DNA from: Pristiophorus japonicus
Taxonomy: Eukaryota
DNA length: 64,000 nt
Assembly: GCF_044704955.1 (NCBI RefSeq)
Contig: NC_091995.1
Location: forward strand, 15,872,001-15,936,000
Direction: 5' to 3'
Shown here in pieces: positions 33,419 through 48,054 of the stretch. How positions within the stretch are numbered: the stretch's first letter is position 1; each line of letters begins with the position of its first letter. Made by a program: the position numbers and the translations under genes. Below the pieces are notes generated by a model, which worked only from the letters and a program-made list of their open reading frames with translations, ran no database searches and had not been told where the DNA came from.

Positions 33419-35299
33419 GTGTTTATTCAGTTCATATTCTAACGTGCATCGTATTGAACCGCGTTCATTTATAGTTAGAATCAGTGAATCATGCACCGAT
33501 TCAGAACAGAAGGAGACAATTCAGCCCACCGTGTCTGTCCCAGTTCTTTGAAACATCGATGCAATCAGTCCCATTCGACTGCTCTTTCCCCGCAGCCTTG
33601 TAAAATAATTTCTCGTCAAGTAATTATCCAATTCTCTTTTGAAAGTTATTATTGAGTATGCCACTACTCTTTCAGGCTGTGCATCCCAGACCATAACTAG
33701 TCTCCTCTGGTTACCGACCCTTCTCCCACTGGGAAGAGTTTCACCTTATTTATTCTATCAAAGCCGTTTATGATTTTGAACACCTCTATCAAATGTCCTC
33801 TTAATCATCTCTGCTATAAGGAGTATTACAAACCCAGCGGCTGATTCAGACGTGCCAGGGGAATGGGCAACACATTGGCATAATTGCTTGTAATTTAGAT
33901 AAATGTAGTTTCATGCATGCTGGCATGACCAACAGGGAATACACACATCATTTGCTGGGAACAATATCCCCCCCCCCCCCCGAGGGGTGATATACTACCC
34001 ATATAACCAGGTACAGAGAAGAGATAAAATAAATGTTCCTAGCTAAAGAAACTCAACTCCTCAGATAGGCTCAAGGGCCTTAGTCTATTTATATTAGAGC
34101 AGCACCGACTTAGTACGAACTGGTAGAGCTCCAGAAAATAAATTAAGAGCGTGATAGCGTCCTTATTGATAAATTATTCCAGTTCGGCAGATTGGAAAGG
34201 CCAATAGACACGAGTTTAAGCTATGTAAGTGTAGAAAAAGACTGGATGTTAGGCGATTCTTCTTTTCCCAGAGAACTAATAACATCTGGAGTACATTGCC
34301 GACTGGTGTGTTTGGGTGCTGGCTCTTTGCATTCCCAGAAGAGGGAGCTGGAGTGGTTCCTGACTTGGTCAGAGAGCGCATCATATAGAATGCAAGTGCC
34401 CTGATAAGAAACACTTCGTCCATGTGATCACCTGGAAAGGTTTCGATTGCCTGACGGGGACAGAGACTTAATTTATATGGTATTTTCCCCCTTATTTAAT
34501 ATGTGTTAAATTTTATCTAATTGCTAATTGGTCCCCTTGGAGGATAACACACACCAATTTCTCTATGCAAAGTGTAATTCGAGTCATTCTGACTGCCAAC
34601 TCCAGTGGTAAAAGAGCTCACTTGGAACAGAGAGGTCTCATTCTCACGTGTTAAAACGTTCTCCCACTCCCAAATAAGTTGCTTCCCCCAAACCCCCACT
34701 ACCCAAGTTCCTGAACTGCTCCAACCAGCTCAACTTTCTGACGTTCTCCACCAAATCTCCGAACTCATCCGCTCCCCAATGCTCCTGACCTTAACAATCC
34801 CCCCCCCCCACCTCAAGTGCCTCACATTCACCCCACCAAAATTCCTGACCACCTCTCTCCCAGCCCAAGTGCCTTACCCTTAACCCCGCCCATGTTCCTG
34901 ACTTCCTCCCAACACCCAAGTTTCTGACCTCCTGCCCATGCCCAATTTACGGACCTTCTTCCCGCATTGCCCACGATTCCTGACCTTCTCCCTCTGCCCA
35001 TGTTCCTCCCTCATAGATTCATGACCTTCTACACCAAAAAATAATGATCTCCTCTACCCCATCCCACCATAGACGTGGCATTGTGTGTGGGTCACGGATT
35101 GTTAAAACGTTTATTGGGCATGAAGTGAATAGTAACAGTGGCACGACTTCTGAATTTCATCCAGTCCAATAATGTTACTTTCCACGCAAGCACCGAGAAC
35201 GTGGTGCGGTTGTAAAGGGTGGAGGACTGCAAGAACGAGATCCACCTTAGTTTTTGGATCACCTTATCGCTCTCCAACCCCCTCCCTCCCCCACAATGT

Positions 35300-36120
35300 A
35301 CTCATCGTGCTTTCCCACACACCCTCACCAATTTCCTAACCTCCTCTCCCTGAGTTGATGACCATCTCCCCCCTTTCATCTCTCGTTTTCTGTTTCTCCC
35401 TTTCTCTTTGCATCCTCACGGTCTGTCACTCTGACCCTCTCTCCCAACTCTCTCTCTTTCTGCTCTACTCTCACAATGCCCCATTCTCCCTCTCTCTGCC
35501 TAACTCTCTCTATCTGACTCTCTTGCTCTCTTGCTGCTCCAGTCTCTCTCTCCCCCTGTCTCTCTGCCCAACTTTCTCTCTCCTACTCCCTCTCGTTCTG
35601 AATCTTTTTCTCTCTCTCTCTCAGCCCCAGTCACTCCCTGCCACCTAAGTATCTCTCTCTCCAGTCTCTCTTCCCCCACTCTCTCTCTTTCCCCCAGCCT
35701 CTATATTTCTGCCCCCGCTTTGTCTGCCCCCCTCCCTCTCTGCCCCTCTCCCTCTATTTTCTATCTCTGCACCCTCTCTCTCTGCCCCTCTCTTTCTCCC
35801 TCTCTCTGTCTCTCTCTCCGAGAGTCTCTCTCTCTGCTCCCTCTCTGCACTCTCTCCCTCTCTGCCCCTTCTCCCAATCTGTCCCACTCTCTCTATTTCT
35901 GCCTATCTTCTTTTCTGCTTCTGCCCAACTTTCTCTCCCTCTGCCCCCTCTCTCTTTCTGCCCCTCGCTCTCTGCCCCTCTCTCTTTACCCCACTATTTT
36001 TCTCCCACTCTCTCTCTCTCTCTCTCAATCTCACTCAGCCTCTCTCTGCCCATCTCAATCTCTGACCCACACACTCTCTCTCTCTCCCTAGCCCACTCTC
36101 TCTCTCTCTTTAACTCTCTC
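35300..36120. repeat. CT-rich low-complexity tract (paralog at 39540-39920)
   Basis: (CT)n and ctctctgccc repeats. Confidence 0.9.
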
Positions 36121-37464
36121 CGACCTCCAATTTCCTATATCTCTCAGAAGGCAGCAAACATGTTCGTGTTACAGCGATATTTTACGTAAACATCCTGGAA
36201 ACTCCTTTAGTGCAGGTATTGATTTGCGAAAGATAACCCAAAAGCCTCAGTCGCAGGCTCAGGCTCCAGCAACAACTCTAGGCTCGGCAACATGTTCTGA
36301 CCCACTTTCGGCCTCCTCATATATACTACATCGCATGCGCGACCGGATCTAGCGCACATGCACAACACGGAGCGGAGTCCACCGCGCATGTGGAAAAGTG
36401 CACAAATCTGTTCGTGCAGATAATCACTTCAAATATATTTGACTTCAGCTGGCGAAACAGTCTTTCACAGCTACTATTTGCTTTCTGTTACTTCGCCAAT
36501 TTCGCATCCATGCTGTCACTCTCTATTTAATCCAATAGGCCCAAATTTTATTAACAAATCTATTATGTTGCACTTCATCGAACAACCTGTGAAAGTCCAT
36601 ATACATGACATAAGTCGCAGTGTTCTCATGGTCAGAGACATAATGACAAAGTTCCGTGTGGGAAGAGGGATGTTGTCTTCATTCTGGGACCGTAAGAGTT
36701 ATCTTCTGAGATTGGTGTTAAGAAAAACTGGTTTTCTCTACTGTTAACTTTCAATATATTTCTCCTGAGAATGCTAATGGTAAACTTAATATCTAGAGGG
36801 TGAATTTGCCTAATTGACAAAAACTGACATTCATCGAGCTGTTACTAATCAATCATCAATAATTGGCTTTTAAATAATAAAATTGTGGTAGAGCTTGTTT
36901 TCCATTCTATTCCTTGGGTGTCTCTGATGTTAAATTCGCCACAAGTAACAGATGGGAACATAATTGGTTGTTCGCAAGTTATTTCATTGTTCTGATCCGA
37001 AACCCATTTTAACTTTGGTTTCGGGATGTGGGCGACGCTGGCAAGATTGCTTTTGTTGTCCATACTATGTTGCTCTGGAAAAGCAATACTGGGCATCCTC
37101 AGGGAATGACTGCAATGCTTGGTACTGGATGTAAGCATATTGACCCGGCGAGCTTCAAGGAACGGAAATATATAATGCGCGAATTGGAGGGAAACATGTA
37201 GGTGCTGGTGTTCCACAAAAGTGCCGCTCAGTGTTACAGGCTGCAGGAGAAGAAAGCACTGGTATCCCCAATATATTGATGACAGGAGATTCAACAGTAA
37301 TGCTCCCGCTGAAGGTGAGGAGAGATAGGTGGCGCTTCTATGTTTGATTTCGTCATTACCTGAATTTATGTGGCGCAAATGTTATCTGTCAGTTGTTAGA
37401 CCATGAACCTTAAAGCCAGGATTCAATTTCTCTAACATGAATGCTTAGCATCTCTGTCTTTCAG

Positions 37465-37811
37465 CTGTAAGTATTGCCGACATCAACGTAACTCAAAGCC
37501 CAAGGAATGTTGAAGTAACCGAAGGAATGCAGTTTCATCTCTACTGCGTGTTTACAGCATCTGCCATGTCCTAAGTTGCATCCTGCACGTGGTACAAACA
37601 AGGACCAGCCATGAAAAGAGTATGGTTAAGAAAAGGTCTGCAGAGTTTATTGGTCGAGTTTTGGAGCAAGATGCAAAATCGTTTGAAGCAAATAAAAACG
37701 CTTCTATTACAATCATGGATGTGAAACGGAATGATTCCGGGATATATTATTGTGAAGTGGATTTATTTGGTGTTAGAGACACCGGAATAGGCACCTGGGT
37801 AACAGTAAAAG
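37465..37811 (+). pseudogene. NCR3-like: NKp30-like V exon 1 of gene B, disabled
   Basis: ctttcag|CT acceptor, G|gtacgc donor; TAA at 37572-37574 and a 1-bp deletion near 37607; intact DSGIYYC and TGIGTWVTV. Confidence 0.85.
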
Positions 37812-40585
37812 GTACGCTTCTATTGTACTACTTATCTCCATTTGGCTATATTCACTTCAATAAAATGCCAACATTTTATAACCTCAAATAACGACTCTAG
37901 AATTTAGGGATGAGCGCCATGAAAGAGATCATTTATAAATCTCGATTCTCTGGAAATGAACGCTTGTATTACTAAATACTATAAGTAACTACATTGCTAA
38001 ATATATCTGATAATATATCCATAAAAGCGTTCATTTCAATTTTGATACTAAGTTAAATCGGAGAATATTACTAATTTTTCTCATTTATTCATTCATGGGA
38101 TGTGGGCATCGCTGGCAAGGCCGTAATTTATTGTAAAACCCTAAATGCTCTTGAGAAGGTGGTGGTGAGACGTCTTCTTCAACCGCTGCAATCCATGAGT
38201 CGAAGGTACTCCCACAGCGATGAGTTTGTCATAGAAGTTTGTTGCAATTTAGTTGCTTGCTAGACCATTTCAGAGGCCGTTAATAGTCAACCACATTGCT
38301 GTGGGTCTGGATTCACGCATAGGCCAGACCGGGTAAGGGCAGCAGATTTCATTCTCTAAAGGGTATTAGTGAACCCTTTGGGTTATTTAGGTCCACCTGA
38401 GAGAAAAGACAGAGTCTAGGTTTAGTGTCTCATCTGAAAGACAGCTCCTCCGACAGTACAGCACTCCCTAAGCACTGCCCATGCCCTTCTGACTCAGAGA
38501 CGAGTGTGCGACCCACTGAGCCACAGCTGACACATAAACTCCGATAGCATTCATTAACATGAACTCGAAGGCGTTGATAAAGGGGTCCAAAAATAGAATT
38601 GATCAAAATTCAAGGCAAATATTACATTCATCAAATAAAAGACTCGTGGTTATTCTCAAAAGATCGAAAGTTTTAGCATTATCTTAATAAATAAAGCTAG
38701 GGTGTCACTATTAGTAGTCCTTTCATGCGGCACACTATAATTTGACCCATGCTGACTGCCGACTCCATAGATAAAAGAGCTCACTTGGAACAGACAGTGC
38801 TCACTCTCACGGAATAAAATCTTCTCCCACCCATGAAACAACTTGCTGCCCCCAAACCACCACTACCCAAGTTCCTAACTGCTCCAACTAGCTCAAGTTT
38901 CTGACGTTCTCCACCCAAATCTCTGAAATCCTCCCCTCACCAATGCTCCTGACCTCCTCAACCGCACCCCCCCCCACCACTCCATTTGCATCACAATCAC
39001 CCCACTCAAATTCCTGAACTCCTCCCTCCCAGCCCAAGTGCCTGACCTTACCCCCGCCTATGTTCCTGACTTCCTCCCACCGCCCATGTTCCACCCCTGC
39101 CCCCCACACATTCCTGACCTTCTGCCTTCAACAAGTTCCTGATATCCTCTACCCCATCCCGACATTGTGTATGGGTCACGGATTGTTAAAAGGTTTTTTG
39201 GGTATGAAGTGAATAGTGACAGTGCCGTGACTTCTGAATTTTATCCTGTCGAGTAATGTCATTTTCCACGCAAGCACTGAGATTTCAGTGAAATTTATCA
39301 GATGTAGGGGGAAGGAGACGGCGAATGTGGTGCAGGTGTAAAGCGGGTGTGACAGGCAGAACGTGGTGCGGTTGTAAAGGGGGTAGGGCTGCAAGAACGA
39401 GATTCGCCATGGCAGTTGGATGACGTTCTCGCTCTCGACCCCCCCCCCCCCCACCACCACCACCACCACAATGTGCTCTTCGTGCTCTCCCCCACACCCT
39501 CACTAAGTTCCTTAGTTCCTCTCCCTGAGTTGCTGACCATCTCTCCCCTCCCATCTCTCGCTTTTTGCCTCCCCTTTCTCTTTGCCTCCTCGCGGTCTGT
39601 CACTCTGATACTCCCTCTCCACTCTCTCTTTCTTCCCTACTCTCTCTGCCCCATGTTATCGCTCTCTTTGCTGCACTCTCTCTCCTTCTCTGCCCCACTC
39701 TCGATCTCTCTGCCCCAGTCTCTCTCTCCCACACCAGTGTGTCTCTGTCCGCCAGTCTCTCTTCCTTCCCCCACTCTCTCACTTTCTCTCTGACGTTCTC
39801 TCCCCAGTCTCTGTCTTTCTGCCCCTCTCTGTCTGCCCCTCTCTCTCTCTCTCTGCCCCTCTCTGCCTCACTCTCTCTCTCTCTCTCTCTGGCCCACTCT
39901 CTCTCTCCCTAAATCTCTCTCTCCGACCTCCAATTTCCTCTCTATGACAGAAGGCTGCAAAAATGTTCGTGTCGATAGTTACAACGATATTTTAGGCAAA
40001 AGTTCAGGAGACTCGTTTAGTACAGCTATTGATTTGCACAGGCTCAGGCTCGAGCAGCAAATCTAGGCTCGGCAACTTGGTTCTGACCCACTTTCGGCCT
40101 CCTCATAAATAGTGCTGCGCATGCGTGACCAGATCGAGCGTGCATGCACAAAACGGAGAGGAATCCACCGAGCATGCGGAGAAGGGCACAAATATGTTTG
40201 TGTAGATAATCACTTCAAATATATTTGATTCCAGCTGGCTAAACAGTCTTTCACAACTACAATTTGCTTTATTTTCCTTAGACAATTTCGAATCCATGCT
40301 GCCACTGTCTCGTTAATCCAATAGGCTTTAATTTGGTTAACAAATCTATTATGTTGTACTTCATCGAACGACAATTGAAAGTCTATATACATGACATAAG
40401 CTGCACTGTCCTCATATTCAGAGAAATAGGGAGAACGTTCCATGTGGGAAGGATGATGTTGTCTTCATTCTGGGGCCGTAAGAATTATCTTCTGTGATTG
40501 GTGTTAAGAAAAACTCTTTAGGGCGGAATACAGGTCGCTTTTCTCTACTGTTAACCTTCAATATATTTCTCCTGAGAATGCTAAT

Positions 40586-43500
40586 AAGAACATAAGAACA
40601 TAAATAGGAACAGGAGTAGGCCATACGGCACCTCGAGCCTGCTCCGCCATTCAATAAGATCATGGCTGATCTGATCATGGACTCAGTTCCACTTCTGCTC
40701 CCACTGCCCATAAGTCCTTATCCCCTTATCGTTTAAGAAACTGTCTATTTTTGTAATAATTTCATTCAATGTCCCAGCTTCCACAGCTTTCTAAGGCAGC
40801 GAATTGCACAGATTTACAACCCTCTGAGAGAAGAAATTTCTCCTCATTTCTGTTTTAAATGGGCGGCACCTTAATCTAAGATCATGCCCTCTAGTTCTAG
40901 TCTCCCCATCAGTGGAACCAACGTCTCTGCATCCACTTTGTCAAGCCCTCTCATAATCTTATACGTTTCAATAAGATCACCTCTCATTCTTCTGAATTCC
41001 AAAGAGTAGAGTACCAACCTACTCAACGTTTCCTCATAAGTCAGACCCTGATCTCCGGAATCAACCTGGGGAATCCTCTTTGAACTGCCTCCAAAGCAAG
41101 TATATCCTTTTTTAAATATGGAAACCAAAATTGCACGCAGTATTCCAGATATGGCCTCACCGATACCTTATATAGCTGCAGCAAGACTTCTATGTTTTTG
41201 TACTCCATGCCCTTTGCAATAAAGACCAAGATACCATTGGCCTTCCTGATCAATTCCTGTATCTGTATACTATCCTTTTGTGCTTCATGCACAAGTACCC
41301 CCAGGTCCCGCTGTCCTACGGCACTTTGCAAACTTTCTCCATTTAAATAATAAGTTGTTCTTCGATTTTTTTCTGCCAAAGTGCATGAATTCACACATTC
41401 CAACATTATACTCCATCAGCCAATTTTTTGTCCATTCACTTAGCCTGTCTATGTCCTTTTGCAGATCTTTTGTGTCCTCCTCACACATTGCTTTTTCTCC
41501 CATCTTTTTATAGAAACATAGAAAATAGGTGCAGGAGCAGGCCATTCAGCCCTTCTAGCCTGCACTGCCATTCAATGAGTTCATGGCTGAACATGAAACT
41601 TCAGTACCCCCTTCCTGCTTTCTCGCCATAACCCTTGATGTCAGCAAACTTGGCTGCGTTACACTCAGTCACTTCTTCCAAGTCGTTACTAAAAATTGTA
41701 AATAGTTGGGGTCCTAAAAATGATTCCTATGGCACCCCACTAGTTACTGGTTGTCAAGCAGAGAATGAACCATTTATCCCTACTCTCTGTTTTCTGTTCG
41801 TCAGCCAATCCTCTATAAATGCTAATATCTTACCCCCAACCCCGTGAACGTTTATCTTGTGCAGTAACCTTTTATGTGACACCTTGTCAACTGCACTCTG
41901 GAAGTCCAAATATACCACATGCACTGGTTCGCCTTTATCCACCCTGTTCGTTATAAACTCAAAGAACTCCAGCAAATTTGTCAAACATGACTTCCCCTTC
42001 ATAAATCCATGCTGACTCTGCCTGACCGAATTTTACTTTTCCAAATGTCCTGATACTGCTTCTTTAATAATGGACTCCAACATTTTCCCAGCCACAGATG
42101 TTAGGCACACTTGTCTATAGTTCCCTGCTTTTTTCTGCCCCCTTTTGTAAATAGGGAAGTTACATTTGCAGTTTTACGATCTGCTGGGACCTCCCCAGAA
42201 TCCTGGGAATTTTGTTAAATTACAGCCAATGCATCCACAATCCCTGCCGCTACATCTCTTAACACCCTAGGATGCAAGCCATCAGGTCCAGGGGATTTAT
42301 CTGCCTTTAATCCTATTATCTTTCTGACTACCACCTCCTTAGTGATTGTGATTGTGTTAAGTTCCTCCCCGTCCCCCTTTAGCCTCTTGACTATCCACTG
42401 TCGGAATATTGTTAGTGTCCTCTACAATAAAGACTGATACAAAATATTTGTTCAGAGTTTCTGCCATCTCCATGTTCCCCATTACTAATTCCCTCGTTTC
42501 ATCCTCTAAGGGACCAACATTTAATTTAGCCACTCTTCTCCTTTTTATATACACTTGCTATCTGTTTTTATATTTTGTGCTAGTTTACTTTCATAGTCTA
42601 TCTTCCCTTTCTTAATCATTTTTTACAGGTTCTTTGCTGGCTTTTAAAAGCTTCCCAGTCTTCTGTCCTCCAACTAATTTTGGCCACTTTGTATGCCCTT
42701 GCTTTTAATTGGATACCGTCCTTTATTTCTTTAGTTAGCCACGGATGGCTATCTTTTCTCTTACACCCTTTCCTCCTCATTGGAATGTATTTTTCTTGAG
42801 AGTTGTGAAATATCTCCTTAAATGTATACCACTGTTCATCAATCGTCCTACTTTATTCTATTTTCCCAGTCCACTTTACCCAACTCTGCCCTCATACTTT
42901 CATAGTCTCCTTTATTTAAGTTTAGTACGCTGGTTAGAAATCCAACTTTCCCACCATCCATCTGAATTTGAAATTCAATCATGCTATGATCACTCAATCC
43001 GAGCGGATCTTTTACTAGGAGATTGTTTATTTATCTTGTGTCTTTACACAGGAACATAGAAACATAGAAAATAGGTGCGGGAGTAGGCCATTCGGCCCTT
43101 CGAGCCTGCAGCGTCATTCAATAAGATCATGGCTGATCATTCCCTTATACCCCTTGATCCCCTTAGCCGTAACTCCCTCTTGAATATATCCAATGAACTG
43201 GCATCAACAACTCTCTGCGGCAGGGAATTCCACAGGTTAACAACTCTCAGAGTGAAGAAGCTTCTCCTCATCTCAGTCCTAAATGGCCTAGCCCTTATCC
43301 TAAGACTATGTCCCCTGGTTCTGAACTTCGCAAACATCGGGAACATACTTCCCACATCTAACCTGTCCAGTCCCTTCAGAATCTTATACTTTTCTATGAG
43401 ATCCCCTCTCATCCTTCTAAACTCCAGTGAATAAAGGCCCACTTGATCCAGTCCCTCCTCATATGGCAGTCCAGCAATCCCTGAAATTAGTGTAGTGAAC

Positions 43501-44119
43501 CTTCACTGCACTCCCTCAATAGCAAGAACGTCCTTCCTCAGATTAGGAGACCAAAACTGAACACAATATTCCAGGCTAGGCCTCACTAATGCCCTGTACA
43601 CCTGCAGTAAGACCTCCCTTCTCCTATACTCACATCCCCTAGTTATGAAGGCCAACATAACATTTGCCTTCTTCACCACCTGCTGTACCTGCATGCCAAC
43701 CTTCAATGACTGATGAAACATGGCACCCAGGTCTCGTTGCACCTCCCCTTTTCCTAATCTGCCACCATTCAGATAATATTCTGCCTTCGTGTTTTCGCCC
43801 CCAAAATGGATAACCTCACATTTATCCACATTATACTGCATCTAAGATAGCCTGCCTCCTGTTTGGTTCCGTTACATACTGCTCAAGGAACCCTTCCCTT
43901 ACGCACTCTATGAACTTCTTCTCAAGGCTGCCCTGAACAATTTGATTTGTCCAATCAATATGGAGGTTAAAATCACCCATGATTATTGCTGTTCCCTTTT
44001 TACAACCCACACTATTTCCTGGTTTATGCTCCAACCAACACAGTTGCTACTGTTAGGGGACCTATAGACTACGCGCACCAGTGACTTTTCCCCCTAATTG
44101 TTCCTTATCTCCACCCAAT
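40586..44119 (-). mobile_element. CR1 LINE with two nested CR1 3' fragments (about 41510-41640 and 43053-43842)
   Basis: Minus-strand EN (IIMGDFN) and RT motifs; three separate CR1 tails; the empty site gaatgctaat|ggtaaac is visible in copy A near 36778. Confidence 0.9.
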
Positions 44120-44479
44120 GGTAAACCTGATGCCTAAAGGGAAAATTTGCCTAATTTACAAAAAACTGACATTCATCGAGTTGTTACTAATTAATCATCA
44201 ATAATTGGCTTTTAATTTTTAAAATTGTGGTAGAACTTGCTTTCCATTCTATTCCTTGGGTGTCTCTGATGTTAAATTCGCCGCAAGTACTGAATGGGAA
44301 CATAATTAGTTGTTCGCAAGTTATTTCACTGCTCTGATCCAAAACCGATTTAAATTTGATTTCGGGATTTGGGCGACGCTGTGAAGACCGGTTTTGTTGT
44401 CCATCCTATGTTGCTTTGGGAAAGCAATACTGGATATCCTCCATGATCAACTGCAATCCTTGGTAATGGATGCAAGCAT

Positions 44480-45027
44480 TCATCATCATAAGCAGTCCCT
44501 CGAAGCGAGGATGACTTGCTTCCACGTCAAAAGGTTGACAGGTATTCCAATGATGGACTTAAAATTCCAAATCCGAACTGAATCTTGAAGGGTGGAAAAT
44601 GTCTGTGCTTGGATTTTTTTAATGTGCGGTTACCATTGCACACCAGCCACTACAAGTACTTGACCGTGCTAGGACTTGGTCCAGTAGCAAGGATTAACCA
44701 AGACGACTGGAGACCCGGTCTGCTGCACGGACCTAGTGCGCATACATATCGCAGTGTGGGCTGGCCCGTGCTGCCCCTGGGCCCTCGCCTCTTCTGGGCC
44801 CCGAACTCACGCCTATCCTGGGTTTCGATCACGTCCCTCTACAATCTCCCACCCGTCCTTCACCCCGACGTCGCAGCTCCTTCGCCCCGAACTTCCCGCT
44901 TCAACACACGACCCCTTTAAATGACAACCATACACAACCGAACCCAATAATGTTATCAATACCCGGCCCACATCCCCGTTGTTTATAGCAACACACCGGC
45001 GCCATCAGTAAAAGACACAATGACTCA
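44480..45027 (-). mobile_element. Short retroposed insertion (possibly RTE-related) with about 10-bp TSD
   Basis: Absent from copy A; flanked by atgcaagcat (44470) and atgcaaacat (45028); (CAT)n end. Confidence 0.55.
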
Positions 45028-45364
45028 ATGCAAACATATTGACCCAGCGAGCATCAAGGAACGGCAATATATAATGCGTGACTAGGAGGAGAAATTGTAG
45101 CTGCTGGAGTTCCCACGAAATTGCCGCTCAGTGTTAAAGGCTGCAGGAGAAGAAAGTACTACTATCGCCAATATATTTATGGCAGGAGATTCAACAGTAA
45201 TGCTGCCGCTGCAGGTCAGGGGAGTTAGGTGATGCTTCTGTGTTTGATTTCGTCATTACCTGAATTTATGTGGCGCAAATGTTATCTGTCAGTTGTTAGA
45301 CCGGGTATCTTAAAGCCAGGATTCGATTTATCTAACATGAATGCTTAGCATCTCTGTCTTTCAG

Positions 45365-45711
45365 CTGTTACTATTGCCGACCTCAAAGTAACTCAAAGCC
45401 CAAGGAATATTGAAGTAACCGAAGGAATGCAGATTCATCTCTATTGCGTGTTTACAGCATCTGCCATGTCCGCAGTTGCATCCGACACGTGGTACAAAAA
45501 AGGACCAGGCCATGAAAAGAGTATGGTTAAGAAACGTTCTGCAGAGTTTTATGGTCGAGTTTTGGAGCAAGATGTAAAATCGTTTGAAGCAAATAAAAAC
45601 GCTTCTATTACAATCATGGATGCGAAACGGAATGATTCCTGGATATATTATTGTGAAGTGGATTTATTTGGTGTTGAGACACCGGAATAGGCACGTGGGT
45701 AACAGTAAAAG
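45365..45711 (+). pseudogene. NCR3-like: NKp30-like V exon 2 of gene B; open until a 1-bp deletion just before the J-like strand
   Basis: 347 nt between ctttcag| and G|gtacgc. DLKVTQSP..EG..IHLYC...WYK...EFYGRV...SF...NASITI...IYYCEV; gttgagac versus gttagagac in V1 gives TAG at 45688-45690. Could be a sequencing indel. Confidence 0.75.
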
Positions 45712-46186
45712 GTACGCTTCTATTGTACTACTTATCTCTCTTTGGATATACTCTGTTGAATAAAAAGACATAGACTCTATAACCTCAAATACCGACTCAA
45801 GAATTTAGGGATGAATGCCAAGAAGGAGAATATTTATAAATCTCGATTCTCTGTAAATGAACGCTTGTACTACTAAATACTATAAGTAAATACATTGCTT
45901 AATATATCTGAAAATATATCCACAAAAGCGTTCATTTCAATTTTGAAGCTAATTAAAATCGGAGAATATTACTAATTTTTCTCATTTATTCATTCATGGG
46001 ATGTGGGCATCGCTGGCAAGGCCGGAATTTATTGTCAAACCCTAAATGCCCTTGGGAAGTTTGTGGTGAGCCGTCTTCTTCCAGCGCTGCAGTCCGTGAG
46101 TTGAAGGTACTCCCACAGTCATGAATTTGTCATAGAAGTTTGTTGCAACTTACTTGCTTGCTAGACCATTTCAAAGGGCCGTTAAT

Positions 46187-47609
46187 AAAAAAAGGAGGGA
46201 GAGAGAAAACAGGGAATTATAGACTGGTCAGCCTGATCTCAGTAGTGGGTAAAATGATGGAATCAATTATGAAGGATGCCATAGCAGCGCATTTGGAAAG
46301 AGGTGACATGATAGGTCCAAGTCAGCATGGATTTGTGAAACGGAAATCATGCTTGACAAATCTTCTGGAATTTTTTGAGGATGTTTCCAGTAGAGCGGAC
46401 AAGGGAGAACCAGTTGATGTGGTATATTTGGATTTCAGAAGGCTTTCGGCAAGGTCCCACACAAGAGATTAATGTGCAAAGTTAAAGCACTTGGGTTGGG
46501 GGTAGTGTGCTGACATTGATTGAGAACTGGTTGTCAGACAGGAAGCAAAGAGTAGGAGTAAATGGGTACTTTTCAGAATGGCAGGCAGTGACTAGTGGGG
46601 TACCGCAAGGTTCTGTGCTGGGCCCCAGCTGTTTACACTGCACATTAATGATTTAGACTAGGGGATTAAATGGAGTATCTCCAAATTTGCGGATGACACT
46701 AAGTTGGGTGGCAGTGTGAGCTGCGAGGAGGATGCTATGAGGCTGCAGAGTGACTTGGATAGGTTAGGTGCATGGGCAAATTCATGGCAGATGAAGTATA
46801 AAGTGGATAAATGTGAGGTTATCCACTTTGGTGGCAAAAACAGAGAGACAGACTATTATCTGAATGGTGACTGATTAGGAAAAGGGAAGGTGCAACGAGA
46901 CCTGGGTGTCATGGTACATCAGTCATTGAAGGTTGGCATGCAGGGACAGCAGGCGGTTAAGAAAGCAAATGGCGTGTTGGCCTTCATAGCGAGGGGATTT
47001 GAGTACAGGGGCAGGGAGGTGTTGCTACAGTTGTACAGGGCCTTGGTGAGGCCACACCTGGAGTATTGTGCACAGTTTTGGTCTCCTAACTTGAGGAAGG
47101 ACATTCTTGCTATTGAGGGAGTGCAGCGAAGGTTCACCAGACTGATTCCCGGGATGGCGGGACTGACCTATCAAGAAAGACTGGTTCAACTGGGCTTATA
47201 TTCACTGGAGTTCAGAAGAATGAGAGGGGAACTCATAGAAACGGTTAAAATTCTGAAGGGTTCAGACAGGTTAGATGCAGGAAGAATGTTCCCAATGTTG
47301 GGGAAGTCCAGAACCAGGGGTCACAGTCTAAGGATAAGGGTTAAGCCATTTAGGACCGAGATGAGGAGAAACTTCTTCACCTAGAGAGTGGTGAACCTGT
47401 GGAATTCTCTACCACAGAAAGTTGTTGAGGCCAATTCACTAAATATATTCAAAAATCCTTACTACTAGGGGGATCAAGGGGTATGGCGAGAAAGCAGGAA
47501 TGGGGTACTGAAGTTGCATGTTCAGCCATGAACTCATTGAATGGCAGTGCAGGCTAGAAGCGCCGAATGGCCTACTCCTGCACCTATTTTCTATGTTTCT
47601 ATGTTTCTA
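46187..47609 (+). mobile_element. CR1 LINE, 5'-truncated, inserted into a SINE
   Basis: QHGF, YLDF, GVPQGSVL and FADD motifs; (TTTCTATG)n tail; same subfamily as 20185-21020. Confidence 0.93.
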
Positions 47610-48054
47610 ACCACATTGCTGTGGGTCTGGATTCACACATAGACCAGACCGGGTAAGGGCAGCAGATGTCATTCTCTAAAAGGCATTAGTGAACCCGTTG
47701 GGTTAGTTAGGTCCACCTGAGAGAAAAGAGGAGTCTAGGTTTAGCGTCTCATCCGAAAGACAGCTCCTCCGACAGTACAGCACTCCCTTAGCACTGCCCA
47801 CGCCCTTCTGACTCAGAGACGAGTGTGCCACCCACTGAGCCACAACTGACACATAAACTCCGATAGTATTCATTAACATGAACCCGAAGGCGTTGGTAAA
47901 GGGGCCCCAAAATAGAATTGATTAAATTTCAAGGTAAATATTACATTCATCAAAAAAATGACTAGTGGTTATTCTCAAAAGATCGAAAGTTTTAGCATTA
48001 TCTTAATAAATACAGCTAGGACGTCACTAATACTAGTCTTTTCATTCTGCACAG

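Larger units (their letters stand above)
34565..38725 (+). repeat. Intragenic tandem duplication, copy A (contains V exon 1)
   Basis: Collinear with 38726-48045 once TE insertions are removed. Confidence 0.9.
38726..48045 (+). repeat. Intragenic tandem duplication, copy B (contains V exon 2), expanded by TE insertions
   Basis: Matches copy A; extra inserts at 40586-44119, 44480-45027 and 46187-47609. Confidence 0.9.

Noticed and set aside
35355-36091. Long Leu/Ser/Pro- or Arg/Glu/Gly-rich ORFs (also 23494, 39416, 49217 and 52785)
   Set aside because: Translation artefacts of CT/GA low-complexity tracts.
36320-36400. NRF1-like GCGCATGCG motifs (also near 40115) as an internal promoter
   Set aside because: Such motifs are common in transposon relics and there is no other supporting signal.
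37465-45711. Rearranging Ig/TCR V segments
   Set aside because: V and J-like strands are in one exon ending at a splice donor; no RSS, D/J segments or C1 constant exon were seen.
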